This document shows, piece after piece, positions 21,761-32,597 of a stretch of 46,002 nucleotides of DNA. Source of the DNA: Nemertoderma westbladi (lineage: Eukaryota > Animalia > Xenacoelomorpha); assembly GCA_032718475.1 (NCBI GenBank), contig JAUCBJ010007334.1:1-46002 (forward strand), in the 5' to 3' direction. The translations under genes and the position numbers were made by a program. How positions within the stretch are numbered: the first letter of the stretch is position 1; every line of letters starts with the position of its first letter. Below the pieces are notes generated by a model, which made no database searches, was not told where the DNA came from, and saw nothing but the letters and a program-made list of their open reading frames with translations.

Positions 21761-22256
21761 ATTGTCATGCCCCGTAATGGTCAAAATAAAAAGGCGGGAA
21801 ATTCAATCAAATATTTTCAACTGACTGGTAGAATCTAAATTCTGTACCGGTAGATAATCACTACACGCCTAGGCCCGTACTGCAGTACTGTCTTACTATA
21901 GTAGGCAGGTAGGCTACCAGTAGTAATTACTGAAGTACAGTAGCAGTTGACCTGTCTGAACTAAGAATCAACATTTATGTCCACAATTATGACAAAACTT
22001 TGAAGCTTCAACAAGTTCACCTGCGCAATTACTACAAAACATCATGTGTCCTGTCAGTCTGTTAATTGGCCCATTGCTGAGCTATGATTTAGTTTAAACT
22101 ACAACAGTGCCGGTACACAACCGGAAGCCTACTGCCCTTATGATTTCTTACAGAATTTCAGCAGGGCCTTCATATGAAGGCCCTGATTTCAGCAATCAGT
22201 AATTGATTGAATTTCCCGCCTTTTTATTTCGACCATTACAGGGCATTAAAATCATC

Positions 22257-22570
22257 ATGACACGCACACACATAACATGACACGCACACACATATCATGA
22301 CACGCACACACATATCATGACATGCACACACATATCATGACACGCACACACATATCATGACACACACACACATATCATGGACACGCACACACATCATGAA
22401 ACGCACACACATATCATGACACGCACACACATATCATGACACACACACACATCATGACACGCACACATACACAATGACACCCACACACCTATCATGACAC
22501 GCAGACACATATCATGACACGCACACACATATCATGACACGCACACACACACAATGACACGTACACACAC
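22257..22570 (-). repeat. Same 20-bp minisatellite inverted, right arm (shorter)
   Basis: (ATATCATGACACGCACACAC)n, about 15 units. Confidence 0.95.
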
Positions 22571-22749
22571 TCCAAGTGGTATTTCTAGTCTGGTATTCTA
22601 GTAGAAGTAGTACATACCAGCATGTACTGATGTAGGCCTATTGCGTCGCTGCTACCTGTCACTCCATATTACAACTTTGTTAGATTCCAACAGTAGAACC
22701 CGTATTCCCTCACGTAGTCTTAAACCACCCGATACTAACCTAACAAGCA

Positions 22750-23625
22750 ATGCCTCCCAAGAGTCTCGACCACCGAATGGATGCACTTGAACGCACACTA
22801 CTCCAAATCTCCACGAACCTGAGCGGTATCAACTCCCAACTAAACCCTTCCGACGGCTCCCCGTCCCTTACCAAAGCTCTAGCTGATCTCAAACACGAAA
22901 ACAATATGTTGCGCTCTGAGAATGCCGAGCTCGCTAAACAGATTCAAGAGTCCAACTTGAAGATCGCCAAGGTTGAATATGCAAATGATGAGCTCGCCCA
23001 ATACGGGCGGCGTTCCAACGTTTTAATCCACGGTGTCGTTGAAAAGAATCGCATGGACGACGAAGTTATGATTAAGAAAATTATGACTATCTGTTCAATT
23101 GATCAATCAGAAATAGATGTTTGGCACCGACTCGGTCGTCCATTGCAAAATAAACCTCGGCCGATCGTTGTTAGATTTATTCGTCACTCAACACGTTTCC
23201 AGGTTTTCGCACATAAAGGAGAATTCGACAAAGGAACTTACCCTACGGACCATTTGACACCATTACGAGCAGCCCTACTTGGAGAGACGATAAAGTTAAA
23301 GAAGAATGGTGAAGTTTTTGCTGCGTATTCATACAACGGTACAATCCAAATACGGTTGTCCAAGGATTCCCAGCCAGTTGCTATAGCTTCCAACGCTGAC
23401 ATCGAGAAAATTCGTAACCAATCGTCGCGCCCAAATAGGCCTATGCCGAACTCAAAAAAGAGAGTAACCAACCCTACCTCATCCCCAAGACAAACCAGAA
23501 GTCTGACTAGATCTGACCCATCTGCTTGCCCCAACTCATCGCCGTCCAAATCTTACTATTCTCCACTAAATGACAACCCCCAATCAATATACGATGACTA
23601 CGAGAGCGGAGACCAAACGATATGA
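22750..23625 (+). CDS. LINE ORF1p (coiled coil plus L1-type RRM and CTD)
   Basis: Heptad coiled coil, then QYGRRSNVLIHGV.E, HRLGR...PRPIVVRF, DHLTP.R and NGTI motifs. Confidence 0.85.
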   Translation: MPPKSLDHRMDALERTLLQISTNLSGINSQLNPSDGSPSLTKALADLKHENNMLRSENAELAKQIQESNLKIAKVEYANDELAQYGRRSNVLIHGVVEKNRMDDEVMIKKIMTICSIDQSEIDVWHRLGRPLQNKPRPIVVRFIRHSTRFQVFAHKGEFDKGTYPTDHLTPLRAALLGETIKLKKNGEVFAAYSYNGTIQIRLSKDSQPVAIASNADIEKIRNQSSRPNRPMPNSKKRVTNPTSSPRQTRSLTRSDPSACPNSSPSKSYYSPLNDNPQSIYDDYESGDQTI

Positions 23626-23815
23626 AACTCAGGAATACCAACAAACGTTCTCCTGCCGAGCTTTACTGCTCACTACCGATATACGGTACACTATTTTTCG
23701 CAATATGATGTGTTAATTGGAACGTAATACTGTAATAACTTACATTCAAGGCTGTATCAACATACTATAGTAAATAGGTTTTTTCAATAAAATAGTACGG
23801 TAATTTGACTGGTGA

Positions 23816-26800
23816 CAACGGCAGTCGCAATATTTTGCCTGCAGTGTTAAATCTGTAGCCAAAATATCCTCCCTCCCCCAAGCACCAACCCCTTGCTGTG
23901 CGTTTTGCTTTACAGCTTTCAATATAACTGACCCCCATTTTATATGTAGCCTATGCCAATCAATATTTCACGTGCCGTGTGGCTCACACTTAAGCACACA
24001 CGATTTAACAAATCAAACTAGTCTAAATGAACTATGCATTTTTTGTAAAACCGAAACTTTTCCTTTTTATAATATTAATAATGATGATGAAGATATTTTT
24101 TCCCCAAATTTCACACCAACTGTACCACCTAACGAATTTTTGTTCTTAAACCAAACATTCTCTAATATTGATCCGGACCAAAACTTAACTAAAATGACTT
24201 TTGACAAAGGACCGCTCACACCTGAATATTTTCAGTCTGAATTCAATTCCCCCACAACCTCAAACAAAAAGTCATTTTCAGTCTTTCACTTAAACTGCTG
24301 CAGCCTACCTTTTAATTTCGATTCGATCGACACCTTTCTCCAAACTCTAAATTTTAAATTTGACATACTAACCTTTACCGAGACCTTTTTTAATGCCGAT
24401 TCCCCATTAGGTCTTTTTAAATTTCATGGTTATCATGATAAACCAATTCTTTGCAATAGGCAGACTGGAAATACCAGACGCGGTGGTACTGCTATTTATG
24501 TGAGCGACTCTTTGGAAATGGCCGAATGTCCCGAGTTCCAGATTGCAGGCCTTGAAAATTCATGGATTAAAATCGCCAGACCTGGATTCAAATCTATTAC
24601 AATAGGCACGATTTACCGCACCGATGCTATTTCACCAGCTGACTTCAACATTTTACTTAACTCTACACTTAACAAACTTACAAACAAAAACTTAGATACT
24701 ATTATTACTGGAGATATTAATATTGACCTACTGAAAACTAAAAACACACAGAAGGATTACATTAACTTGCTAAATTCTTACGGTTTTATACAAATACTCA
24801 ATCACCCAACTCGAATTGATCCTAAACATAATTCTGAAACCCTCCTCGATCATATAATCACAAACATAAACTCCTCTGTCTCTAATGCGGGCTCATTCAA
24901 TTGTAAAATTGGAAACTCCGACCACCAAGCCACATTCATAGTCATACAAAAGTTTAATTGTATTTTTAACGAACCCAAACCACGCACTACCTTTGACTTT
25001 TCTAAATTTAGTAAACGCGCCTTTCTTCAGGACATTAAGACAGACACTATCTGGACTTACACCGACAATGCTATACCTCTCCGCACTAAATTCGACACTT
25101 TTCACAAAGACCTCACAAGAATTTGTACATCACATTTACCGACGAAACCGCTTACTCATAAGACTCGGCCCCTTAAACCGTGGCTATCTGAAAACTTACT
25201 AAAATCTATTCGGACAAAGGACAAACTATACCGTAACTACCTGAAAAACCGAACTGACACCAACCGACAACTCTTTACTTCATACCGCAACCGTTTAACC
25301 TCCACTCTTAGGGCCGCTGAAAAAAACTTTTTTTCCCAACAATTTGACCGTAACTCCAACAACATCCGCAAGACTTGGTCCATTATTAATTCCGCCCTGC
25401 ACAAATCGTCTTCCAAATGTTCTCCTAAAAAATTGATTATTAAAACAAACAATGAAACTCAAATCATTTCAGATCCTAAAGAAATAGCAGAAAAATTTAA
25501 CAGTCACTTTGCAATGGTTGGATCGTCATTACAGAACACGCTAACCCAGAGGCCTACCTCCTCCCCCCTACGTCATATTTCTCACACCCGCGCGAATTCA
25601 TTTTGCCTCTCTGAAACCTCTCCAATTGAGATCCAATACAAAATTCTCAACCTAAAATTAAATTGTAGCTCCAATGACCCTTTTCCACCAAAACTCATAC
25701 GACTGGCCGCTGAACCTCTTTCTTACCATTTATACAATCTTTTTAATCTTTCTATTGTCCGCGGTTTCTTTCCGGATTCCTTAAAAACTGCCAAAGTGAT
25801 TCCAATTTACAAATCCGATGATATAACTGATCCCAACAATTACCGCCCCATATCTCTCTTACCCATTATCAGTAAAATTCTAGAACAAATTCTTAACGAC
25901 CAATTGCAAACATACCTTATAAAATACAACATTATTTCCATATCTCAATATGGTTTCCGCAATAAGACTTCTACTTCGCACGCCTTACTCTCCATCACTG
26001 AAAAAATATATGCCATGCTTGATTCCCACCAATCAATTTGTGCCGTATATATTGATCTTAAAAAAGCCTTTGACACCGTGGACCACAAGATTCTTATACG
26101 GAAGCTTGAAGCCTACGGTGTCAGGGGCCCCCCATTACATCTCTTCTCTGACTTTCTTGCTAATCGTAACCAATTTGTTTCGATTGACAGCATCCACTCA
26201 ACCCTTCAACCCATAAATTGCGGCGTCCCACAAGGCTCTGTTTTGTCCCCCACTTTATTTATAATTTTTATTAATGACCTTCCAAACGTGACTAACTTAC
26301 TGACCACACTATTTGCCGACGACACGACGTTACTCAACTCGCACACCAATATTCAGACCCTTCTCAATGACACAAACAATGAACTCACCAAACTAAACAG
26401 TTGGCTAATAGAAAATAAACTAATACTCAATTTAAAAAAAACCGAATATACTCTATTTACAAACCGTATCTTAAATAATGACAATCGTTTACCCACAATC
26501 GAAATTAATAACTCCTCTATACAAATTACCGACAACACAAAATTACTAGGCATCTGGCTTGATTCAAAACTCAGGTGGAAAACACACATAAATTATATCC
26601 TTAAAAAAATCTCTCAATCTTCTGGAATATTTTACAAGCTACGCCATATTTTTCCCTTACACATTCTCAGGACACTCTACTTCACCCTAATTCACCCATA
26701 CATCAACTACGGCATTATTCTATGGGGCAGCTCCGATAAATCGATACTCAAACCTTTACGCATTAAAATTAATAAACTGATACGGTGCATTACATTCTCC

Positions 26801-27154
26801 CACTATCAATCGTCCGCGTTACCACTTTACAAAGAACTAAAAATTTTACCTCTTAACAAACTATACGATCTCACTGTCGCCAACTTCATGTACGATATTC
26901 ATTCTCACACAATCTCAACCTCCTCCACGCTAGGCAAACTTTTCAGCAAACGTTCCATTTCACACAACTACAATACTCGTTCTTCTGCCCGAGGTGATTA
27001 TACAACCCCGCTTTTCAGGCTTACCTCCTCCCAACGTTCCGTGAGTTTTCGAGGTCCTGCCATCTGGAACTCTGTGCCACTTGACATTAGGATAAAAAAA
27101 TCAAAACCATCGTTTTCTGCTTTCTATAAAAAATTCTTATTCTCGACTTGTTAA
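23816..27154 (+). CDS. LINE ORF2p: PHD finger, APE endonuclease and reverse transcriptase
   Basis: Frame is open from 23816 (after TGA at 23813). CAFC..CSLC..H..C..CIFC PHD; ETF, GDINID, LDHI and SDH (APE); YRPISLL, QYGFR, DLKKAFDTV, GVPQGSVL and FADDT (RT). Confidence 0.93.
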   Translation, partial: QRQSQYFACSVKSVAKISSLPQAPTPCCAFCFTAFNITDPHFICSLCQSIFHVPCGSHLSTHDLTNQTSLNELCIFCKTETFPFYNINNDDEDIFSPNFTPTVPPNEFLFLNQTFSNIDPDQNLTKMTFDKGPLTPEYFQSEFNSPTTSNKKSFSVFHLNCCSLPFNFDSIDTFLQTLNFKFDILTFTETFFNADSPLGLFKFHGYHDKPILCNRQTGNTRRGGTAIYVSDSLEMAECPEFQIAGLENSWIKIARPGFKSITIGTIYRTDAISPADFNILLNSTLNKLTNKNLDTIITGDINIDLLKTKNTQKDYINLLNSYGFIQILNHPTRIDPKHNSETLLDHIITNINSSVSNAGSFNCKIGNSDHQATFIVIQKFNCIFNEPKPRTTFDFSKFSKRAFLQDIKTDTIWTYTDNAIPLRTKFDTFHKDLTRICTSHLPTKPLTHKTRPLKPWLSENLLKSIRTKDKLYRNYLKNRTDTNRQLFTSYRNRLTSTLRAAEKNFFSQQFDRNSNNIRKTWSIINSALHKSSSKCSPKKLIIKTNNETQIISDPKEIAEKFNSHFAMVGSSLQNTLTQRPTSSPLRHISHTRANSFCLSETSPIEIQYKILNLKLNCSSNDPFPPKLIRLAAEPLSYHLYNLFNLSIVRGFFPDSLKTAKVIPIYKSDDITDPNNYRPISLLPIISKILEQILNDQLQTYLIKYNIISISQYGFRNKTSTSHALLSITEKIYAMLDSHQSICAVYIDLKKAFDTVDHKILIRKLEAYGVRGPPLHLFSDFLANRNQFVSIDSIHSTLQPINCGVPQGSVLSPTLFIIFINDLPNVTNLLTTLFADDTTLLNSHTNIQTLLNDTNNELTKLNSWLIENKLILNLKKTEYTLFTNRILNNDNRLPTIEINNSSIQITDNTKLLGIWLDSKLRWKTHINYILKKISQSSGIFYKLRHIFPLHILRTLYFTLIHPYINYGIILWGSSDKSILKPLRIKINKLIRCITFSHYQSSALPLYKELKILPLNKLYDLTVANFMYDIHSHTISTSSTLGKLFSKRSISHNYNTRSSARGDYTTPLFRLTSSQRSVSFRGPAIWNSVPLDIRIKKSKPSFSAFYKKFLFSTC

Positions 27155-27530
27155 TTCTTTGACCCCAATAAAACCGCCAAAAGGAATATTGATTGACTTT
27201 TCACTCAGTGCCAATCTATATAAAAAAAATACACCAGCAAACGCACCCCCCCCCCCCCCCCCCCCCCTCTCCTACTGCCAATGGAACCATCGCCCTCACG
27301 GCACTAGCTTTCTGCTATTAGTTTGGGCGATGCTTCACAATATTTAAAATACAATATGTTTTTTTCTGTGCAATATTAACAGTGGCACAAGGAATGAATA
27401 AACTTGAAACTTGAATCCAAAATGTAAATGTATAGCACAGTTGCGACACACATTGTGTGTGTGAAATGATGACCGCTATGGGCTTCCGTATCTGGTAGCC
27501 TCGTGATAGATGCGGTTATTGATTGAAGGC

Positions 27531-27922
27531 TGTTAGTAAGATTACCTACCAATCTAATAAAACCATATATGGTAATAATTCACTTGGAGCTTCCCTAAGC
27601 CTTATCATTGGTCGTTACATTGAGTTATTCGAACTGTCCGGTACACTGATATTCCTCTGGCAGTTCTATTGGCGGGTTGTGATTGGCTTGCTGACTGGAA
27701 TTGGATCTAGCTTCAGTCAGTTCATGAGCTATATAATTAAATATTCAGTTGCTATACTTCATTCGTTATTGAATTTTGTTATCTCGCAAATATTTGGCAA
27801 ATTATAGATAATTATTATTTGCGTATTTTTTCTCCGTGTTTTTTCTCTGTATTAACAATAAAACTTCAAAGGTAAGTTTAATGTTACCCAAGGTGGTTTG
27901 CACTTGCAGATTCAGATAAACA
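27531..27922 (+). mobile_element. Candidate solo LTR (TGTT...AACA)
   Basis: ATTGG boxes, TATATAA (~27730), TCAGT Inr and AATAAA (~27857) in the correct order; no TSD. Confidence 0.35.
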
Positions 27923-28544
27923 TGCTTGCCTGTTGGACTGTTCTGATACTGCAGTACTTGGTACATTACTGCATTAAAGCCTTATGTTTTTGAATGAATA
28001 GGTCAATGTTTGTGTCCCTGGCAGAACTATTTTGTTGTGTTAGAACTGCTACCATAGGCCTACCTACCTGCCGGTCCTACCTAACTAGCACCTTCGCAAG
28101 CAGTCTAGCGGCTGAAAGGCCAAAGTTGATGTTTTTTTATTACCAGTCAGCCAGTAGTGACCTGCCGATAGTCCTCCAGGTACGTATCGGTAATTTTTTT
28201 TTATAAGCGGCGTAGCATATTTCAGCACCAGCTACCGGAAGCCCGGCACAAATTTAAATGCTGCGCCAAACGTAATGCGTAATGTAACAGTTTTGAATGC
28301 GCCAGCACCTTTTCCGGCGTAGGACTGTAGGACATTTCTGTGCCAACTCGTTGCATCAGTCTGTCAGTGAGCCAGGCCCAAGTTTAAATGCTCAGCAGCA
28401 GAACGTGTACAACGTACTGACGAACTCACTGACACAGGTCAGGCTGCAAACGACCACTGAACCGCGCACAACGCCTGCGCACAATTTTTCAGCCGCGCAA
28501 TATCGGACAGCTGATATACCGCGCATGCACCGAAAAAAACTCAC

Positions 28545-28860
28545 ACTTTACATTCTAACAATGTAAAGGAAAAACATACGCGAGTGAAGCGAGCAACACT
28601 TCTTCCATTAACATAGCAAAATGAAAAAGAAACGCGAGCAAAAACTCAAAAGTAATCTAAATTTTTTCATTCTAACAGTGCAAAATGAAAAAGAAACGCA
28701 AGAAAAACTCAAAGTGAGCGAAATTTTTTCATTCTAACAGTGAAAAATGAAAAAGAAACGCGAGCAAAACTCAAAGCAGCAAAGAGAGCGAAATTTTTTC
28801 ATTCTTGAGAGTGCAAAATGTAAAGAAACGCGAGCGAATGGAGCGAATTCTTTTGTGGCA
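28545..28860. repeat. ~60-bp degenerate tandem repeat (CATTCTAACAGTGCAAAATGAAAAAGAAACGCGAGC...)
   Basis: About 5 copies with GCGAGC motifs; probably the interior of a MITE. Confidence 0.75.
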
Positions 28861-29543
28861 AATTATTTTTCTCACTTTGAATGCATGTAAACTTTTTTAG
28901 GCCTCATCCATCTGTACTGTAACCAGGTACCCCTGTATGCGCACTTTACGACTTTTGATCTTTTGGACAGAATACTGCAGTACTGCGCACTTTTGTTGTC
29001 TTTCACATAATTTCGCGCACTTTTATTTCAATTCCGCGCGCTTTTACCGCGCACTATTTCAAATACGCGTGCAAAGCATTGCGATTTTTGCACTTCATTT
29101 GCAGCCTGGGACACAGGTACATTGGCTGCCGGCAACTTTACATTGGGTGCATTACTCCATTTTTTAAACTCCATAAATTTAACTTTAGCAGGTAACCAAT
29201 ATTTGTATTTTTAATAGGATTTAGTTTGAACAACACCAAATTAGTAACTTAATGTATTAATATACATAATTTCAATTGATTATTGCTTTTTAATTCGTGT
29301 TAATTTTGGTAGTAGTGTCACATATTGCGAATATTTAAAAAAATATTATCATTAGTATCAGTAATAGTAATAATTTTTACTTTCAGTAGGAAGGCCAGCA
29401 TATGGTATGAAGACGCCCTGGCCTTCTTCGCTGGCGGCTGAGAAGTTAGTGACTTAGTTTTCTTTACGGCGCAAGTTACACTTAGGACCATTGCCGCCAT
29501 ATGGTGGCCCTCTAAAATGATAAAACATAAGTTTATTAGTTAT

Positions 29544-29600
29544 GGGGGCGTTCATAAAGTATGTCACGCAAATTTTCCAGTTGTTTGACCTCCCTCCCCC
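29544..29600 (+). mobile_element. PIF/Harbinger-type MITE terminus fragment
   Basis: GGGGCGTTCATAAAGTATGTCACGC...GACCTCCCTCCCCC resembles common Harbinger MITE ends; no partner end. Confidence 0.35.
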
Positions 29601-29710
29601 ATAATAGAATAGAATAGAATAGAATAGAAAGTGAAACATTTGGACTGAAGTAGTTCTTACTAAAAGCCTATATATACATACTTTAGCAGCTTCAAACTAC
29701 AGTACTACAT

Positions 29711-29960
29711 TAGGGTGGAGTGAAAAATACTTTTTTCTTCAAATTAAGTTGGTTTAGTGAAAAAGATGAAAAAGACGAAAATGATATATACCAAGTTTCA
29801 CAATAATATTTTAAAATGTTCGTTCAGTCTCCAACCGGGGTTAAGAATTTTAAAAAAATTTAAACTTTTTCAAAAAAGCCCGTAACGTTTCATTATTATC
29901 CTTAAATATTTTTGTGTTCCAATTAAGTTGGGTTAGGTGTGAAATGGGTGGTTTTTCCGT
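29711..29960 (+). mobile_element. Possible hAT(m)-like left terminus fragment
   Basis: TAGGGTG start followed by A/T-tract subterminal sequence; no partner end found. Confidence 0.25.
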
Positions 29961-30446
29961 CATATACGAAAATTGCCAAGTTTTACAAAAATATTTCAAC
30001 ATATTTCATCTCCAATCTCTGCCGGTACCGGTCCCCAGTCTGTCGGGCACTTTTGCAAATTTGGCATTGATCCGAATGATGGGCCATCTCTTGCATCTGT
30101 TACATTTTCGGCTCGTAGAGAAGATATAGTGAGTGGGTTTGGATTATTGCCTACTCTGGCAAAGTGGCCTGTGTTACTTCGAATGGATGTGGTTAGTTTT
30201 TTTAATTATATTTTTTTCTATTTATTTATTATACACTATTACTGTATATAAATAAAATATTCCATTCAAGGAACTTGCCTGGCAAATCAGTGATGCTTTC
30301 CTTTGTATATTTCTGTCAAACCCTGTTTAACATTCCGACAGGAGTGACGCGCATATGGGAAATCATTTATAGTCTTTCGGTTAAAACAAGAAATGGCAAC
30401 ATCATACTTCCTAAACGGTGATGTTGAGGTGGTGAAACCTTGTATA

Positions 30447-30970
30447 TTGTGGGGCGAGCCACGAAGTTGGCGGAGCCTTAGCGAATTGACACTGTTAGGG
30501 GGTGGGTCAATTTATGCAAATAGTTGTCGTCGTCGTCGTCGTCGTCGTTGTCGTCGTCGTCGTTGTCGTCGTCGTCGTTGTCGTCGTCGTTACGATTTTG
30601 ACATGCTAATAACTTTGTCGGATTTAAAGCTGCCAAGTTGAAAATTTGTAGGTATCAATATGAGCAAAAGTTGAGATTTTTGAGAGACTTTCAGACACCA
30701 TCAGTGCAATGGTCTCCCGCTAGAGGGCCACATGTCTAAACATTAAATGCCCTCCCATTTCTTTGCTTTTAATCCGTTTAAGCTGAAACTTGGCAGATAT
30801 GTATTAGACCATTAGCTGTGACTTTCAAGGGAGGCGAATCCATCTGCAGTTCTCCAGTCTGCCGCTAGAGGGCCAACGTGACTATTTGCATAAATTGACC
30901 TACCCCCTAACAGTGTCAATTCGCTAAGGCTCTGCCAACTTCGTGCTGCGCGAAGTCCCCACTTCGTGTT
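30447..30970 (+). mobile_element. Helentron-associated (HINE/DINE-like) non-autonomous element with a (GTC)n tract and a 65-bp inverted repeat
   Basis: 5' TTGTGGGG, IR 30460-30524 vs 30881-30945, (GTC)n 30525-30590, GAAACTTGG motif, 3' hairpin CGAAGT-CCCC-ACTTCG then TT. A related end lies inverted at ~16886-16922. Confidence 0.55.
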
Positions 30971-31584
30971 GGATTAATCTATGCGCTTAACTATAAATTT
31001 CCAGAGGAGTTCTACGAATTCTTAGGCTGCACCATATGTGGAATCGCCCCAAGTGGGGCAAAGGCCCGAACATTGCGGGCGAAATTAATATCTAATTTCT
31101 GATATAACTACTTACTGATATTTCTGATCAGCACATCCAAGCCCGGTGTTGTTGTCTTTGTTTTTATTGTTATCCATAGGTTACCGCTAGGCCTTGATGT
31201 AACTATAAATGTGCTCTCATTGTTTTCGTGTTACCCCTAGATATAAACTATAATTGTATATTTGAAAATGAATATTTTAATAATAATAAATATAATTTGT
31301 TAATATATTTAAATAGAAATATTTTTAACATTAATATAATATAAACAAAATGTCTCTCTTTGCTGCCCTCATGGGACAATGAAAATCTGAAATTTACATT
31401 ATTTTTCTCATTTTATTCATATCGGAATCAAGCCAAATTTTTACATATACTGGTTGTTTGGGGTGCTGATTCGTTTTAAAAACATTTCAAAGCACGTCGA
31501 TAACTAAAAGTGACAGTTTTCGGCTATGTGGGCGTGGGGGTAAAAAATTAGGTTCAACCTTGCTGTATTGGTTGCATTGAAATC

Positions 31585-31815
31585 ACATCTCCCGCAGATC
31601 GTGGGTTCGATCCTCACATGAGGCAGGGTAGTTTTCGTTTCGGCATGAATGTTTTGAAGGGACCAGCCAGGGCGCATCTCTGCCTTGCATCCAAGTGGTA
31701 GCTAAATCGACTGGAGTTTCCTCTGGGGAGTAAATTTCAGGGGGGACCACACAGGTTTTTTGTGTTGCAATTCCGATAGTAATGATATGATGAACGCTCC
31801 CCGGACCACTCAATT
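31585..31815 (+). mobile_element. tRNA-derived SINE remnant
   Basis: B-box GGTTCGATCC within a T-arm-like stem (GTGGG-TTCGATC-CTCAC) and a GC-richer body; A-box not recognisable. Confidence 0.45.
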
Positions 31816-32597
31816 AGCAACATTAATGAAACGACCCACACCCCTTCGAAACAATGCCCATGAATCCAATAATTGCACATACGCATACGTACTTATGTAT
31901 GTCAATAAATGGATTAAATTCAGTTCCCAAGAAAGCATTATCAGATAATTTCAGATTTGTGACAACGACAAGAAATGGTAACAAAATTTATAATATTCTT
32001 ATGCTTGCTTAGCCAAATATTTGCATCACACACACAAAATTAACTATATGTAATATGTATTATGCAATATATTTTAGAAATAATATTCAAATTCATTTAA
32101 AATCAACATTCCTACATTGATAAATTGTAGCTACTGAATGCAACAAGCAATTAACAGTTTACTGCGAAGATCTACAGAATAGAATTACATAAAGTGTTTA
32201 ACTAATATAAATGTAAAAAAAAACACCATAAAGAAAACACAATTGCTGGCTTTCTATCAACTTATATAAAATGTTTCACTGTTTTTATATGTATTATAAT
32301 TCATTTATGCAGCTATATATTGTAAAATGTATGTACGTAACATAAAAGTATGGTGTACCATATTATAATAAAGACAGAAGAACTTCAAATATACAGTATT
32401 AAATCCACCCGGTTTGTTTATTTTTACACCACCAGTTGATATGTTATTAAGATGACCGAGCGTCAAGAATCCAAGGAGTATGAAACTAAATAAGCAAAAT
32501 GGACCCCTTGAAACACCACCACCCCACCACCAAAATATATTATATAATTGTATATAATAATATACACTAAAGAAGATAATACGAAAATAAATTCAGA

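Larger units (their letters stand above)
22576..27415 (+). mobile_element. Full-length CR1/L2-group non-LTR retrotransposon
   Basis: Two intact ORFs; TSD TCCAA at 22571-22575 and 27416-27420; 3' stem ATCGCCC...GGGCGAT; tail AATAAACTTGAAACTTGAA. Confidence 0.92.
21183..27490. mobile_element. Foldback-type non-autonomous DNA transposon with ~600-bp minisatellite-containing TIRs, split by a LINE
   Basis: TACGGAAGCCCATAGCGGTCATCATTTCACACAC...TTTTGGA (21183-21257) is the reverse complement of 27416-27490; inner TIR 21757-21810 vs 22203-22260; TA at both ends. Confidence 0.9.

Noticed and set aside
30393-30641. Arg/Cys-rich protamine-like ORF
   Set aside because: It is a translation of the (GTC)n microsatellite inside the HINE-like element.
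31595-31625. tRNA gene
   Set aside because: Only a T-arm/B-box is present, with no cloverleaf; treated as a SINE head.
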